The position numbers were made by a program, and so were the translations under genes. This document shows, one piece after another, positions 44,678 through 53,905 of a stretch of DNA of 64,000 nt. Below the pieces are notes generated by a model, which was given only the letters and a program-made list of their open reading frames with translations, was not told where the DNA came from and did no database searches. Location: NCBI GenBank assembly GCA_037440005.1, contig JBBIUY010000006.1:1-64000 (forward strand), in the 5' to 3' direction. Every line of letters begins with the position of its first letter. Within the stretch, counting starts at the first letter, position 1. The DNA is from Armatimonadota bacterium. Lineage in GTDB: Bacteria; Sysuimicrobiota; Sysuimicrobiia; Sysuimicrobiales; Kaftiobacteriaceae.

Positions 44678-45793
44678 CTACCCGTACACCCTCACCGGCG
44701 CCAGCACATAGACGTAGTCGCCGTGGTGGACGGGACGGATCACCCCCGGGCTCAAAGGCCCCGTCAGCTCCAGGAAGACTTCGTCGGTCTCGATGGCGTT
44801 CAGGCAGTCCATCAGGTAGCGGGCGTTGAACGCCGCCTCCACCGTTTCCCCCTCCACCGCCACCTCCACCTCCTCCCGGGCCCGCCCCACCTCGGGCGTG
44901 TTGGAGGTGATGGTTAGGGTGCCGCCCCGGGCCGCCAGCCGCACCACGTTGGCCGAATCCCGCGCCGTGATCGCCGCCCGCCGAATCCCCCGCAACAGCC
45001 GTTCGGTCTGCGCCCGGATGCGCTGCTTCACCGCCTGGGCGTCGGGAATCACCTTCTCGTAGTTGGGAAACTGCCCGCTGATGATGCGCGAAAACACGCG
45101 CAGCCCGGGAACCGAGAACACCACCTGGGTGTCCGCCAGGCTTATCTGGACCTGGGCCTGAACGCCCGCCAGCGCCCTGGCCAGCTCCTGCAGCGCCTTG
45201 GCGGGAACGATCACGCCCAGCTTCTGCCGAGCTTGCCGGCCCAGCGCGGCCTTCCGCAGCGCTAGGCGTCCCCCGTCGGTTGCCACGAACCGCCCTTCGT
45301 CACCCTCGAGAACCACATAGACGCCCGTCAAAAAGGGCCTGGTCTCGTCGGTAGACACCGCAAAAATCGTCTGGGCGATCATCGTGCGCAGGATATCCGC
45401 GTCCACCACCGCCACCGGGTCTCCTTCCACCCGCGGCAGCGCGGGAAAATCGGCGGGCGGCAGGCCGAGGATCTCAAACTCGCTGGTCTCGCAGGCAATC
45501 CGGCACTGCGGTGCTCCTTCTTCCACCCGCAGCTCCACCGTGGCCGCGGGCAACTGCCCGATAATCTCCGCCAGTAGCCGCGCGGGCATCGTCGCCTGTC
45601 CGCCCCGTTTGACCTCCGCGTCGACATCCGCCTGCACGGCCAGCTCCAGATCCGTTGCCGTCAGTCGCAAACGGTCCCGACCGGTTTCCGCTAGTACATA
45701 ACCCAAAATGGGCATCGTCGTTCGGGTGGATACAGCGCGACCGACCAGACCGACGGTTTTGGCCAGTGCCGGTTGTGCACACGTTACCCACAT
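44678..45793 (-). CDS. dnaN: DNA polymerase III beta clamp
   Basis: ATDLE, STDETRPFLTGV, ATDGGRL, FNARYL. Confidence 0.96.
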   Translation of the reverse strand: MWVTCAQPALAKTVGLVGRAVSTRTTMPILGYVLAETGRDRLRLTATDLELAVQADVDAEVKRGGQATMPARLLAEIIGQLPAATVELRVEEGAPQCRIACETSEFEILGLPPADFPALPRVEGDPVAVVDADILRTMIAQTIFAVSTDETRPFLTGVYVVLEGDEGRFVATDGGRLALRKAALGRQARQKLGVIVPAKALQELARALAGVQAQVQISLADTQVVFSVPGLRVFSRIISGQFPNYEKVIPDAQAVKQRIRAQTERLLRGIRRAAITARDSANVVRLAARGGTLTITSNTPEVGRAREEVEVAVEGETVEAAFNARYLMDCLNAIETDEVFLELTGPLSPGVIRPVHHGDYVYVLAPVRVYG

Positions 45794-45968
45794 GAAGTTT
45801 CCTCCGGTTAGTGATTATTAATATACTTTCTCTACATACTAGTACACCTGTGGATACTGTGGACAAGATACCAATCAGGTTCACCATAACAAGCAAGACG
45901 TGTGCGCACAACCTGCGGGTATGTACACCCGAGATATGCACAGCCTGCGTAGGGAACGCGGTCGAGTG
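45794..45968. other. oriC unwinding region: AT-rich tract next to DnaA boxes
   Basis: TTAGTGATTATTAATATACTTTC at about 45808-45830; tandem boxes TGTGGATAC 45849-45857 and TGTGGACAA 45858-45866; ATATGCACA 45934-45942. Confidence 0.85.
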
Positions 45969-47309
45969 TCAATCGGCGTTGTGAATGGTGTCGATGAGTT
46001 TCTTTAAGGTGGCGGCGAGGTACGGGTCGCGGGCCAGGACGGCTTTGACGCGCTCGCAGGCGTGCATGACCGTGGTGTGGTCGCGGCCGCCGAACTCTTC
46101 CCCGATCCGCGGCAGCGACGCGTCGGTGAGCTCTCGCGCCAGGTACATGGCGATCTGGCGGGGGAAAGCGATTCCTTTGGTGCGCCGTTTGGCGCGCATC
46201 TCCTCGACGCGCAGACCGAAGTGGTCGGCCACCACCTTCTGAATGAGGGGAATCGTCACCACCCGGGGCGCGGTAGCGGGAAGCAGCTCTTTGAGGATTT
46301 CGGCGGCCAGCTCGACCGTCATGGGGGCGCGGGTCAGGGTGGCGTAGGCCACCACCCGGACCAGGGCGCCCTCCAGCTCCCGGATGTTGGACTGGATGCG
46401 CTGGGCGATGTACTCGGCCACATCGTCGGGTACGGTCATGCCGTCCAGCTCAGCTTTCTTACGCAGGATGGCGATGCGGGTCTCCAGGTCGGGTGGCTGG
46501 ATGTCGGCGATCAGTCCCCACTCGAACCGCGACCGCAGCCGATCCTCCAGGGTGGGGATCTCCTTGGGAGGGCGGTCGCTGGTGATGATAATCTGGCGGC
46601 TGGCCTCGTGGAGGGTGTTGAACGTGTGGAAGAACTCTTCCTGGGTGCGCTCCTTGCCCGCCAGGAACTGGATGTCGTCGATCAGAAGGACGTCCACGTT
46701 GCGGTACTTGGTGCGGAACTCCAGGGTCCGGTCGTCGCGGATGGCGTTGATGAGTTCGTTGGTGAACTTCTCGCTGCTGATGTACGCCACGCGGGTGAGC
46801 TGGTGCTTGTGGATCACGTGGTGGCCGATGGCCTGCAGCAGGTGCGTCTTGCCCAGCCCCACGCCGCCGTAGATGAACAGGGGGTTGTAGGCCCGGGCGG
46901 GAGCTTCGGCCACGGCCATGGCGGCGGCGTGGGCGAACCGGTTTCCCGATCCGATGACGAAGGTGTCGAAGGTGTACTTCGGCGACAGCGGGAGGCCTTC
47001 GGGCGGCCGGGGGAGGGGCGAGGACGCGGCCGGAGGAGGGGTGGCAGGCCCCTCGGCCACGGTGATCTGGACGGACACGGGGCGGGCCAGCACCTCCTGC
47101 AGGGCGGTGTGGATGAGGCTGGAAAAGCGCGTCTCCACCCACTCCTTGGCCAGCCGGGTCGGAACGGAAAAGACGAAGGTGTTGTCGGTCAGCGCCACGG
47201 GGACCATGGCTTTGACGAAAGACTCGTAGCTGGGTTTGCTGAGGCGGCCTTCGATGCGCCGCAAAGCCGCCTGCCAGACGCCAGCTGCGGACGTGGTGTT
47301 GACGGCCAT
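45969..47309 (-). CDS. dnaA: Chromosomal replication initiator DnaA
   Basis: [35 protein letters not shown]. Confidence 0.98.
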   Translation of the reverse strand: MAVNTTSAAGVWQAALRRIEGRLSKPSYESFVKAMVPVALTDNTFVFSVPTRLAKEWVETRFSSLIHTALQEVLARPVSVQITVAEGPATPPPAASSPLPRPPEGLPLSPKYTFDTFVIGSGNRFAHAAAMAVAEAPARAYNPLFIYGGVGLGKTHLLQAIGHHVIHKHQLTRVAYISSEKFTNELINAIRDDRTLEFRTKYRNVDVLLIDDIQFLAGKERTQEEFFHTFNTLHEASRQIIITSDRPPKEIPTLEDRLRSRFEWGLIADIQPPDLETRIAILRKKAELDGMTVPDDVAEYIAQRIQSNIRELEGALVRVVAYATLTRAPMTVELAAEILKELLPATAPRVVTIPLIQKVVADHFGLRVEEMRAKRRTKGIAFPRQIAMYLARELTDASLPRIGEEFGGRDHTTVMHACERVKAVLARDPYLAATLKKLIDTIHNAD

Positions 47310-47345
47310 CGGTGCGCCCTCCTGGGTGTGGATGCCGCGGGCGGC

Positions 47346-48131
47346 CTACGGCGCGAAGACGTCGCCCAGGGCGGCGATGCCTTCCTCGGTCAGCGTTCGC
47401 CGGCCGGCGGCCTTGTTGTCCACCAGGCGCCGGCGTTCCAGCAGCCGGAGCTCGCGGTATGCGGTGCTCTGGCTGACGCCGAGTTCTTTGGCGATCGCCG
47501 ACGGACCGGCGGAGCCCAGCTCGGCGATGAGCAGGAGGACCTTCTTCTGCCGGGAGGTCAGGTCCGGCGGCCGCCCGGGCGGGCTGTCCGGGCTTCCCTC
47601 GGGGACGCGCGCGCGTTCCGGATTCACCGTGAGGGTCACCACAGTGCCCCCGCCCAGGTTGTCGTCGATGGTGAGGGTTCCCCCCAGCAGAGTCACCTGC
47701 TCCCGGGCCACCGGCAGGCCGGCGCCCACCCCGCGGATCAGGCGGCGCAGGTCGGCGGTGGCGCTGGTGAACCCGGGCTGCAGCGCCCGTGCTTTGTCGG
47801 CGATGCCGGGTCCCCGGTCCGAGACCCGAATGGTGTTTCCCGAATCCAGGATGCTGATCACGGCGTCCTGGAACCGTGCGTGCACCAGGTTCTCCACGAC
47901 CTCCCGGACGGCCGCGAACGGGATCCGTCCGCCCCGGTCGCGGGCCAGGGTGTAGGTCCGCGCCGCCAGGTCTTCGATCAACCCCTCCACATCGCGACCG
48001 CGCACCACCGTCACCACGGGAGCCGCCAGTGGGGAGTCGTACACGGCCACGCGGACCTCCGGCGGCCCGTCCTCGCCCGCGCGCGCGGCTGTACCCTCCG
48101 TCAGGCCGGGGGCTTCCGACATCACCGTCAT
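47346..48131 (-). CDS. GHKL (RsbT-like) ATPase/kinase fused to a C-terminal winged HTH
   Basis: EVVENL N-box, DRGPGI G1, GVGAGLP G2, GGGT G3; LTSRQKKVL..IAKELGVSQSTAYREL wHTH. Confidence 0.8.
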   Translation of the reverse strand: MTVMSEAPGLTEGTAARAGEDGPPEVRVAVYDSPLAAPVVTVVRGRDVEGLIEDLAARTYTLARDRGGRIPFAAVREVVENLVHARFQDAVISILDSGNTIRVSDRGPGIADKARALQPGFTSATADLRRLIRGVGAGLPVAREQVTLLGGTLTIDDNLGGGTVVTLTVNPERARVPEGSPDSPPGRPPDLTSRQKKVLLLIAELGSAGPSAIAKELGVSQSTAYRELRLLERRRLVDNKAAGRRTLTEEGIAALGDVFAP

Positions 48132-48292
48132 GGCGTCAGCCCGCCCGCCGGAGGTCCCGCGCCGCGGAAAGATCCCTGTGTCGGTGGAAACGCTTTCCGG
48201 TGTTTGGCCACCCACGGGACAACTCCTACCGCCGCGCCGGTCGGGCGGCAGATTTCGTGCAGGTCCGTGACCGTGCGCGCGATGACCGCGGC

Positions 48293-48564
48293 TGTGGACA
48301 CGACGTACTGGGAAGCACCCCGACTTTCTCGGTCCGGTCGGCGGTGTCCTGCCGAACATGGGTGTGGGGCGCGCCTCCGGAAGTGCGCCGGGCGCGCTCG
48401 GGCGCGGGTATCCACAGGAGACGCCGCGGTTGTGGACAAGACGCGGGAGAAGGGGCGCATGAGCCCCCGGGCCCAGGGGAAGGGGGCGGGTGCGGGGACC
48501 GGAGAGGGAGGGCGTCTGGGAAAATTGTGGACAAGACCCCCCGTTGTCCCCAGGTTGTGCACAC
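48293..48564. promoter_or_regulatory. Second DnaA-box cluster (upstream half of a bipartite oriC)
   Basis: TGTGGACAC 48293, GTATCCACA 48408, TGTGGACAA 48431 and 48526, TTGTCCCCA 48544, TTGTGCACA 48555. Confidence 0.8.
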
Positions 48565-48587
48565 CGCCGTCGCGAGATGGGGCGTCG

Positions 48588-48617
48588 TTGTGCCCGGGGA
48601 GGGGGCCGTGTTATAGT
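48588..48617 (+). promoter_or_regulatory. rpmH promoter
   Basis: TTGTGC-N18-TATAGT with an extended TG. Confidence 0.6.
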
Positions 48618-48688
48618 GGCCTCTGCCTGCGGGGGGCCGTCTCCGCGGAGGGGCCAGGCCCGCGGGCCGGGCGGCGGCGAGGTGCGGG

Positions 48689-48826
48689 GTGAAGCGGACC
48701 TACCAGCCCAGGGTGCGCAAAAGGAGGAGGACACACGGGTTTTTGGTCCGGATGCGGACGCCCGGCGGTCGGAACGTTCTGCGCCGGAGGCGGGCCAAGG
48801 GTCGGTGGCGGCTGACGCCCCGGTAG
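48689..48826 (+). CDS. rpmH: 50S ribosomal protein L34 (absent from the ORF track)
   Basis: Manual translation: [45 protein letters not shown]. Confidence 0.96.
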   Translation: MKRTYQPRVRKRRRTHGFLVRMRTPGGRNVLRRRRAKGRWRLTPR

Positions 48827-48849
48827 GCCTGCGGCCGGGCGCTGTCCGG

Positions 48850-49209
48850 GTGGAGGCGCTGAGGGGCCGGGCGGCGTTCGACAGGGTCTACAGGGAGGGC
48901 CGCCGGGTCGGGGGGCCGGTGGCCGTCCTTGTCGTCCGGGCGGGAGGCGGGTCCGGAGTGCGCGCGGGCATCGCGGTCGGGCGGGCGGCGGGAAGGGCTG
49001 TCGCGCGCAACCGCCTGCGCCGGCGCCTGCGCGAGGCCTTCAGGAGCCTGGCCGGGAGGATGCGGCCCGGCTTTGACGTGGTCATCGTCGCGCGTCCCGA
49101 GGCGGCCCGCCGGCCCTTTGCCGCCCTGGTGGACGACCTGGAGACCCTGCTCAGGCGGGCGGAGGTGCTGGGTCCCGGAGGAGAGGCGGCGGCAGGTGAG
49201 GGGTCGTGA
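48850..49209 (+). CDS. rnpA: Ribonuclease P protein component
   Basis: [26 protein letters not shown] motif; follows rpmH. Confidence 0.92.
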   Translation: MEALRGRAAFDRVYREGRRVGGPVAVLVVRAGGGSGVRAGIAVGRAAGRAVARNRLRRRLREAFRSLAGRMRPGFDVVIVARPEAARRPFAALVDDLETLLRRAEVLGPGGEAAAGEGS

Positions 49210-49415
49210 CCCGGCTTGTGCTGTTTCTGATCGGCGCCTATCAGCGGTGGATCTCCCCCTACATTCCGCCCACGTGCCGGTTTTACCCCTCGTGTTCGTC
49301 GTACGCCGCCGCGGCCGTCGCGCGATACGGGGTGTGGCGGGGTGGGATGCTGGCCGTGCGGCGGCTGTTGCGGTGCCACCCGTGGAACCCGGGCGGGTAC
49401 GACCCGGTCCCCTGA
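49206..49415 (+). CDS. yidD: Membrane protein insertion efficiency factor
   Basis: [24 protein letters not shown]. Confidence 0.95.
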   Translation: MTRLVLFLIGAYQRWISPYIPPTCRFYPSCSSYAAAAVARYGVWRGGMLAVRRLLRCHPWNPGGYDPVP

Positions 49416-49452
49416 CCGCGCGGTCTTCGGTGGGCGGGGGAACAGACAGACC

Positions 49453-50148
49453 ATGATCACGGGGATCGCCGACGCCCTGGTCGCGCTGCTCAACGTGTTC
49501 CACCGCTGGACGGGCAGTTACGGGCTGTCCATCATTCTGCTCACCCTGGCCATCAAGGTCGTGCTGCACCCCCTGACCCGCCGGCAGCTGGGCTCCATGA
49601 AGGCCATGCAGGCGCTGGCGCCCCAGGTGCAGGTTCTGCGGGACAAATACCGGGACAACCCGCAGCAGATGAACATCGAGATCATGAACCTGTACCGGGC
49701 GCACCGGGTCAACCCGCTGTCCGGGTGCCTGCCGATGCTGGTGCAGCTCCCGGTCCTGTGGGCGCTGTTCGCCGCGCTGCGGCGGCAGGGGTTGTTTGGG
49801 GGGGAGACCTTTCTGGGCGCTGCGCTGGACCAGGTGCCCACGTTTGCGGCGATGCGGGACAACCCCCTTCTCGCGGTGTACCCCCTGCTGGTGGGCGCCA
49901 CCACCTACCTGCAGCAGAGGCTGACCATCGCCGACCCGCAGCAGGCGCGCATGTATGTGTTCATGCCCGTGCTGGTGGCCTGGTTCGCAACGCAGTTCCA
50001 GGTGGGGCTGTCGCTGTACTGGATCGTGTCCACCCTGGCCTACGCCGCCGAGTACCTGCTCGTGGTGGGCCGGTCCGGGCCGTCCCCCGCCCCCCGCCAG
50101 GCCCCCCAGATCCTCCCGCAGCGCCCGAAGGGGGCCAAGAAGAAGTGA
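49453..50148 (+). CDS. yidC: YidC/Oxa1 membrane insertase (short form)
   Basis: YGLSIILLT, NPLSGCLPMLVQ, GLSLYW. Confidence 0.93.
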   Translation: MITGIADALVALLNVFHRWTGSYGLSIILLTLAIKVVLHPLTRRQLGSMKAMQALAPQVQVLRDKYRDNPQQMNIEIMNLYRAHRVNPLSGCLPMLVQLPVLWALFAALRRQGLFGGETFLGAALDQVPTFAAMRDNPLLAVYPLLVGATTYLQQRLTIADPQQARMYVFMPVLVAWFATQFQVGLSLYWIVSTLAYAAEYLLVVGRSGPSPAPRQAPQILPQRPKGAKKK

Positions 50149-50792
50149 TGCAGGTGGAGGCCAGCGGGCGGACGGTGGAAGAGGCGGTCGCCCGGGCCCT
50201 GGAGGAGCTGGGAGTCGAGCGGGAAGACGTCGAGGTCGAGGTCCTGGACCCCGGCTCGCGGGGGATGCTGGGCTTTGGGGCGCGGGATGCGCGCGTCCGG
50301 GTGGCGGTCAAGCCTTCCCCCGCCGCCGTGGCCCACCAGCTGATGGCGCGCCTGATCGACCACCTGGGGATCCAGGGAACGGTGAGGGCCAGAGAGCAGG
50401 ACGGCGGCGTGCTGGTCACCGTCTCGGGCGAGCACCTGGGGGCGTTGATCGGCCGCAGGGGCGCGACGCTGGAAGCCGTCCAGTTCCTGCTGGGGCTGAT
50501 GGTGAGCCGGAAGGTGCGCTCTCTCGTGCGGGTGACTGTGGACGCCGGCGGGTACCGGGAGCGGCGGATCAAGTCCCTGCAGGAACAGGCCCGCCGCGCC
50601 GCCGAGAGGGCCGTCCGGGAGGGGCGGGAAGTCATGCTGGAACCCATGGCTGCCTCCGACCGGCGTGTGATCCACCTGACCCTGGCCGGGCATCCCGGGG
50701 TGGTCACCGAGAGCCGTGGGGAGGGGGAAGATCGCCGCGTGGTGGTCATCCCCCGGTTTTCCGAGGACGCCCCGTCCCCCTCTGGTCTCTGA
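50148..50792 (+). CDS. jag: Jag/EloR RNA-binding protein (KH + R3H)
   Basis: GRTVEEAV, LIGRRGATLEA, DRRVIH, SRGEG. Confidence 0.92.
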   Translation: MQVEASGRTVEEAVARALEELGVEREDVEVEVLDPGSRGMLGFGARDARVRVAVKPSPAAVAHQLMARLIDHLGIQGTVRAREQDGGVLVTVSGEHLGALIGRRGATLEAVQFLLGLMVSRKVRSLVRVTVDAGGYRERRIKSLQEQARRAAERAVREGREVMLEPMAASDRRVIHLTLAGHPGVVTESRGEGEDRRVVVIPRFSEDAPSPSGL

Positions 50793-51504
50793 GCGCTCCC
50801 TGGGAAACCTGGTCAGGGACCTGGCGTCTGCTGCCGGGGTCGTCCTGGACGACGCCCAGGTCCGCCAGATGGTGCGCTACCTGGACCTGGTGGCGTCCTG
50901 GAGCCGGAAGGCGCGGCTGACGGCGGTCGCCAACCCCCCGTCGGCCGCCCGGGTGCACGTGGCGGACTCGCTGCTCTGCCTGCGCGCCGGGATTCCTCAT
51001 CTGGCGACCGTTGTGGACGTCGGCAGCGGCGCGGGCCTGCCGGGGATTCCCCTGAAGATCGCCAGGCCGGACCTGGCCGTCACCCTGGTGGAACCCTCCC
51101 AGAGGAGGGCGGCTTTTCTGGAGATGGCGTGCGCGGATCTGGGCCTGGAAGTGGAAGTGGTCGCCCGGCCGGCCGAGGAGGTCGGGCGGGATCCCCGGTA
51201 CAGGGAGGCGTTCCAGGTCGCTGTGGCCCGGGCGGTGGCGCCGATGAGGGCGCTTGCCGAGCTGGTCCTTCCCCTGATCCGGCCCGGCGGAAAGGCCGTC
51301 TTGCTGAAAGGACCGGCGGCGGGGGAGGAGGTGGAGCGGGCGCGGACTGCCCTCAGCGTGCTGGGGGGAGGGACGCCCGCGCTGGTGCCGGCGTCCATCC
51401 CCGGGAGCCCCGAGCGGGTGGTCGTGGTCGTCCCCAAGGTCGCACCCACCCCGTCGCGGTACCCCAGGCGCCCGGGTGTCCCGCGACGCCGCCCTCTGGG
51501 GTGA
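50782..51504 (+). CDS. rsmG: 16S rRNA m7G527 methyltransferase (start uncertain)
   Basis: HVADSL, DVGSGAGLPGIPL, ARAVA, YPRRPG. Confidence 0.9.
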   Translation: MVSERSLGNLVRDLASAAGVVLDDAQVRQMVRYLDLVASWSRKARLTAVANPPSAARVHVADSLLCLRAGIPHLATVVDVGSGAGLPGIPLKIARPDLAVTLVEPSQRRAAFLEMACADLGLEVEVVARPAEEVGRDPRYREAFQVAVARAVAPMRALAELVLPLIRPGGKAVLLKGPAAGEEVERARTALSVLGGGTPALVPASIPGSPERVVVVVPKVAPTPSRYPRRPGVPRRRPLG

Positions 51505-51549
51505 GCAGCCGGAGGACCCCCACAGGTCGTACCGAATGTGGGTTTGCAG

Positions 51550-52332
51550 ATGGGGCGCGTCATCGCGGTGGCCAACCAGAAGGGTGGGGTGGGCAAGACC
51601 ACCACGGCGGTGAACCTCTCGGCCGCTTTGGCGCTGCAGGGGCTGCACGTCCTGGTGGTGGACGCCGACCCCCAGGGCCACGCCACCGGAGGTTTGGGCA
51701 TCCCCCGCCCCCCTCGGCACGCGTCCCTGTACGACGTCCTGACCAGCGGTGCGTCACTGGCGTCGGTGCTGGTGCCGAGCCCGCTGAAGGGGTTGGACAT
51801 GGCCCCGTCCAGCCCGGACCTGGCTGGCGCCGAGGTGGAACTGGTGGGCCTGCCGTCCCGGGAATTCCGCCTGCGGGAGGCCCTGCGCCCCGTGCGGGAG
51901 TGGTACGAGTTCGTTTTTGTGGACTGCCCCCCCTCGCTGGGCCTGCTGACCCTCAACGCCCTGGTGGCCGCCGACGAAGTCTTGGTCCCCATCCAGTGCG
52001 AGTACTACGCCCTGGAGGGGCTGTCCCGGCTGGTGGACACGGTGGCGCTCGTCCGCCGGCGGCTGCATCCCCAGCTGCGGGTGGGCGGGGTGCTGCTCAC
52101 CATGTTCGACCCCCGCACAAACCTCGCCGAGCAGGTCGCCGCCGAAGTCCGCCGGCACTTCCCCCGGGAGGTCTTTGACACCGTCATTCCCCGCAGCGTG
52201 CGGCTGGCGGAGGCGCCGTCGTTCGGGCAGCCCGCGGTGACCTACGACCCGACGTCCAGGGGGGCTCAGGCGTACGTGGCCCTGGCCAGGGAGGTGCGCG
52301 CCCGTGCCGGACAACCCGTTCCCGTCGGCTGA
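51550..52332 (+). CDS. parA: ParA/Soj ATPase
   Basis: NQKGGVGKTTT, DADPQG, DCPPSLG, EAPSFG. Confidence 0.95.
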   Translation: MGRVIAVANQKGGVGKTTTAVNLSAALALQGLHVLVVDADPQGHATGGLGIPRPPRHASLYDVLTSGASLASVLVPSPLKGLDMAPSSPDLAGAEVELVGLPSREFRLREALRPVREWYEFVFVDCPPSLGLLTLNALVAADEVLVPIQCEYYALEGLSRLVDTVALVRRRLHPQLRVGGVLLTMFDPRTNLAEQVAAEVRRHFPREVFDTVIPRSVRLAEAPSFGQPAVTYDPTSRGAQAYVALAREVRARAGQPVPVG

Positions 52333-53170
52333 CCCCAGGCGGAGGGGGCTGGGACGGGGGCTGGCGGCCCTCATCCCGGGCGCCGACACCCCGGACAGAC
52401 CGGCGGAGATCCCCCTGTCCAGGCTGAAGCCGGGCGCCTTCCAGCCCCGCCAGACCGTCGACCCCCGGGAACTTGAGGAACTGGCCGAGTCCGTGCGCCG
52501 CCACGGGGTGCTGCAGCCCATCGTGGTGCGGCCCGCCGGCGACGGGTTCGAGGTCGTGGCGGGAGAGCGCCGGTGGAGGGCGGCGGAAGCGGCGGGCCTG
52601 CAAACCGTCCCGGCCCTGGTGCGGGACCTGGACGACAGGGAGGCTCTGGAGCTGGCGCTGGTCGAAAACCTCCAGCGCCAGGACCTGTCGCCCCTCCAGA
52701 GGGCCCGGGCGTACCGCCGGCTGGTGGAGGAGTTCGGGCTGACCCAGGAGCAGGTGGCCGAGCGGGTGGGCAAAAGCCAGCCGTCGGTGGCCAACACCCT
52801 GCGCCTGCTGCAGCTGCCCCCGCCCATCCAGGCCAGCCTGGAGGCGGGCCGGATCAGCGAGGGGCACGCCCGCGCCATTCTGTCGGCGGGGACGGTGCAG
52901 AAGATGCTGGACGTCTGGGAGAAGGTGGAGCGCCGGGGCCTGTCGGTGCGCGAGACCGAAGCCCTGGTCCGGTCGGCTATTTCACGTGGAATGCCCTCGC
53001 GGCCGAGGGGGAGGTCAGACCCCCACCTGCGGGCGGTGGAGCAGGAGCTGGCCCGCCGGTACGCCACCGACGTGCGCGTGGCGGGCAGCCCCCGCCGGGG
53101 GAGGCTGATGTTTGCCTACCGGTCCGAGGAGGACCTCCAGAGGCTGGTGGACCTCCTGCTGCGCCGCTGA
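52304..53170 (+). CDS. parB: ParB/Spo0J
   Basis: GLGRGLAALI, AGERRWRA, ENLQRQDL, HTH, GHARAIL. Confidence 0.95.
   Translation: MPDNPFPSADPRRRGLGRGLAALIPGADTPDRPAEIPLSRLKPGAFQPRQTVDPRELEELAESVRRHGVLQPIVVRPAGDGFEVVAGERRWRAAEAAGLQTVPALVRDLDDREALELALVENLQRQDLSPLQRARAYRRLVEEFGLTQEQVAERVGKSQPSVANTLRLLQLPPPIQASLEAGRISEGHARAILSAGTVQKMLDVWEKVERRGLSVRETEALVRSAISRGMPSRPRGRSDPHLRAVEQELARRYATDVRVAGSPRRGRLMFAYRSEEDLQRLVDLLLRR
52978..52993. promoter_or_regulatory. parS-like site inside parB
   Basis: TATTTCACGTGGAATG; 12-bp core matches TGTTTCACGTGGAACA. Confidence 0.65.
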
Positions 53171-53281
53171 CCGCCCGGGCGGTCCTCCGCCCGTCAGAAT
53201 GATGTCCATAATTGCTCATCTTATTCGCTCTACTCCGCTGCCACGGATCCGCGTCCGCGTCGGCGACAGGGAGGGGAGGCG

Positions 53282-53887
53282 GTGGAGAACCCGGGAGGAC
53301 CGGTGACCGGACAGGACAGGCCGCAGGCGGGGCTGAGCCGGGACCAGGCGTGGGACCTGGTCTGCCGGTGGATCCACAACCCCAACCTGCGCAAGCACCT
53401 GCTGGCGGTGGAGGCGGCGATGCGGGAGTACGCGCGCCGGTTCGGGGAGGACGAAGACAGTTGGGGCGTGGTCGGGCTGCTGCACGACCTGGATTACGAG
53501 CGCTGTCCGTCCCGGGAGGCCGGACACCCGTTCGTGGGGGTGGAGGAGCTGCGCCGGCTGGGAGTGCCCGAGGAGTGGACCCGGGCGATCGCCGCTCACG
53601 CCGACTACTCCGGGATTCCGCGCCAGACGCCGATGGAGCGGGCGCTGTTCGCCGTGGACGAGCTGGTGGGGTTCATCATCGCCGTGGCCCTGGTGAAGCC
53701 GGGCCGGAGCCTGGCCGAGGTGGACGTGGAGTCGGTCAAGAGGAAGATGAAGGACAAGGCGTTCGCCCGCGGCGTCAACCGGGACGACCTGGTCCGGGGG
53801 GCCGCGGAGCTGGGCCTGTCGCTGGACGAGCACATCGCCACGGTCCTGCGGGCGCTGCAGAACGCGGCGGCGTCGCTGGGCCTGTAG
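53282..53887 (+). CDS. HD-domain hydrolase
   Basis: LRKHLLAVE, GLLHDLDYE, AVDELVG, FARGVNR. Confidence 0.85.
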   Translation: MENPGGPVTGQDRPQAGLSRDQAWDLVCRWIHNPNLRKHLLAVEAAMREYARRFGEDEDSWGVVGLLHDLDYERCPSREAGHPFVGVEELRRLGVPEEWTRAIAAHADYSGIPRQTPMERALFAVDELVGFIIAVALVKPGRSLAEVDVESVKRKMKDKAFARGVNRDDLVRGAAELGLSLDEHIATVLRALQNAAASLGL

Positions 53888-53905
53888 CCCGGACGGGAGG
53901 ACGCC

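Noticed and set aside
48132..48290. c-di-GMP or other riboswitch upstream of the GHKL-wHTH gene
   Set aside because: Only a superficial GGCCAAAC..GAAA resemblance; the rest of the motif is missing.
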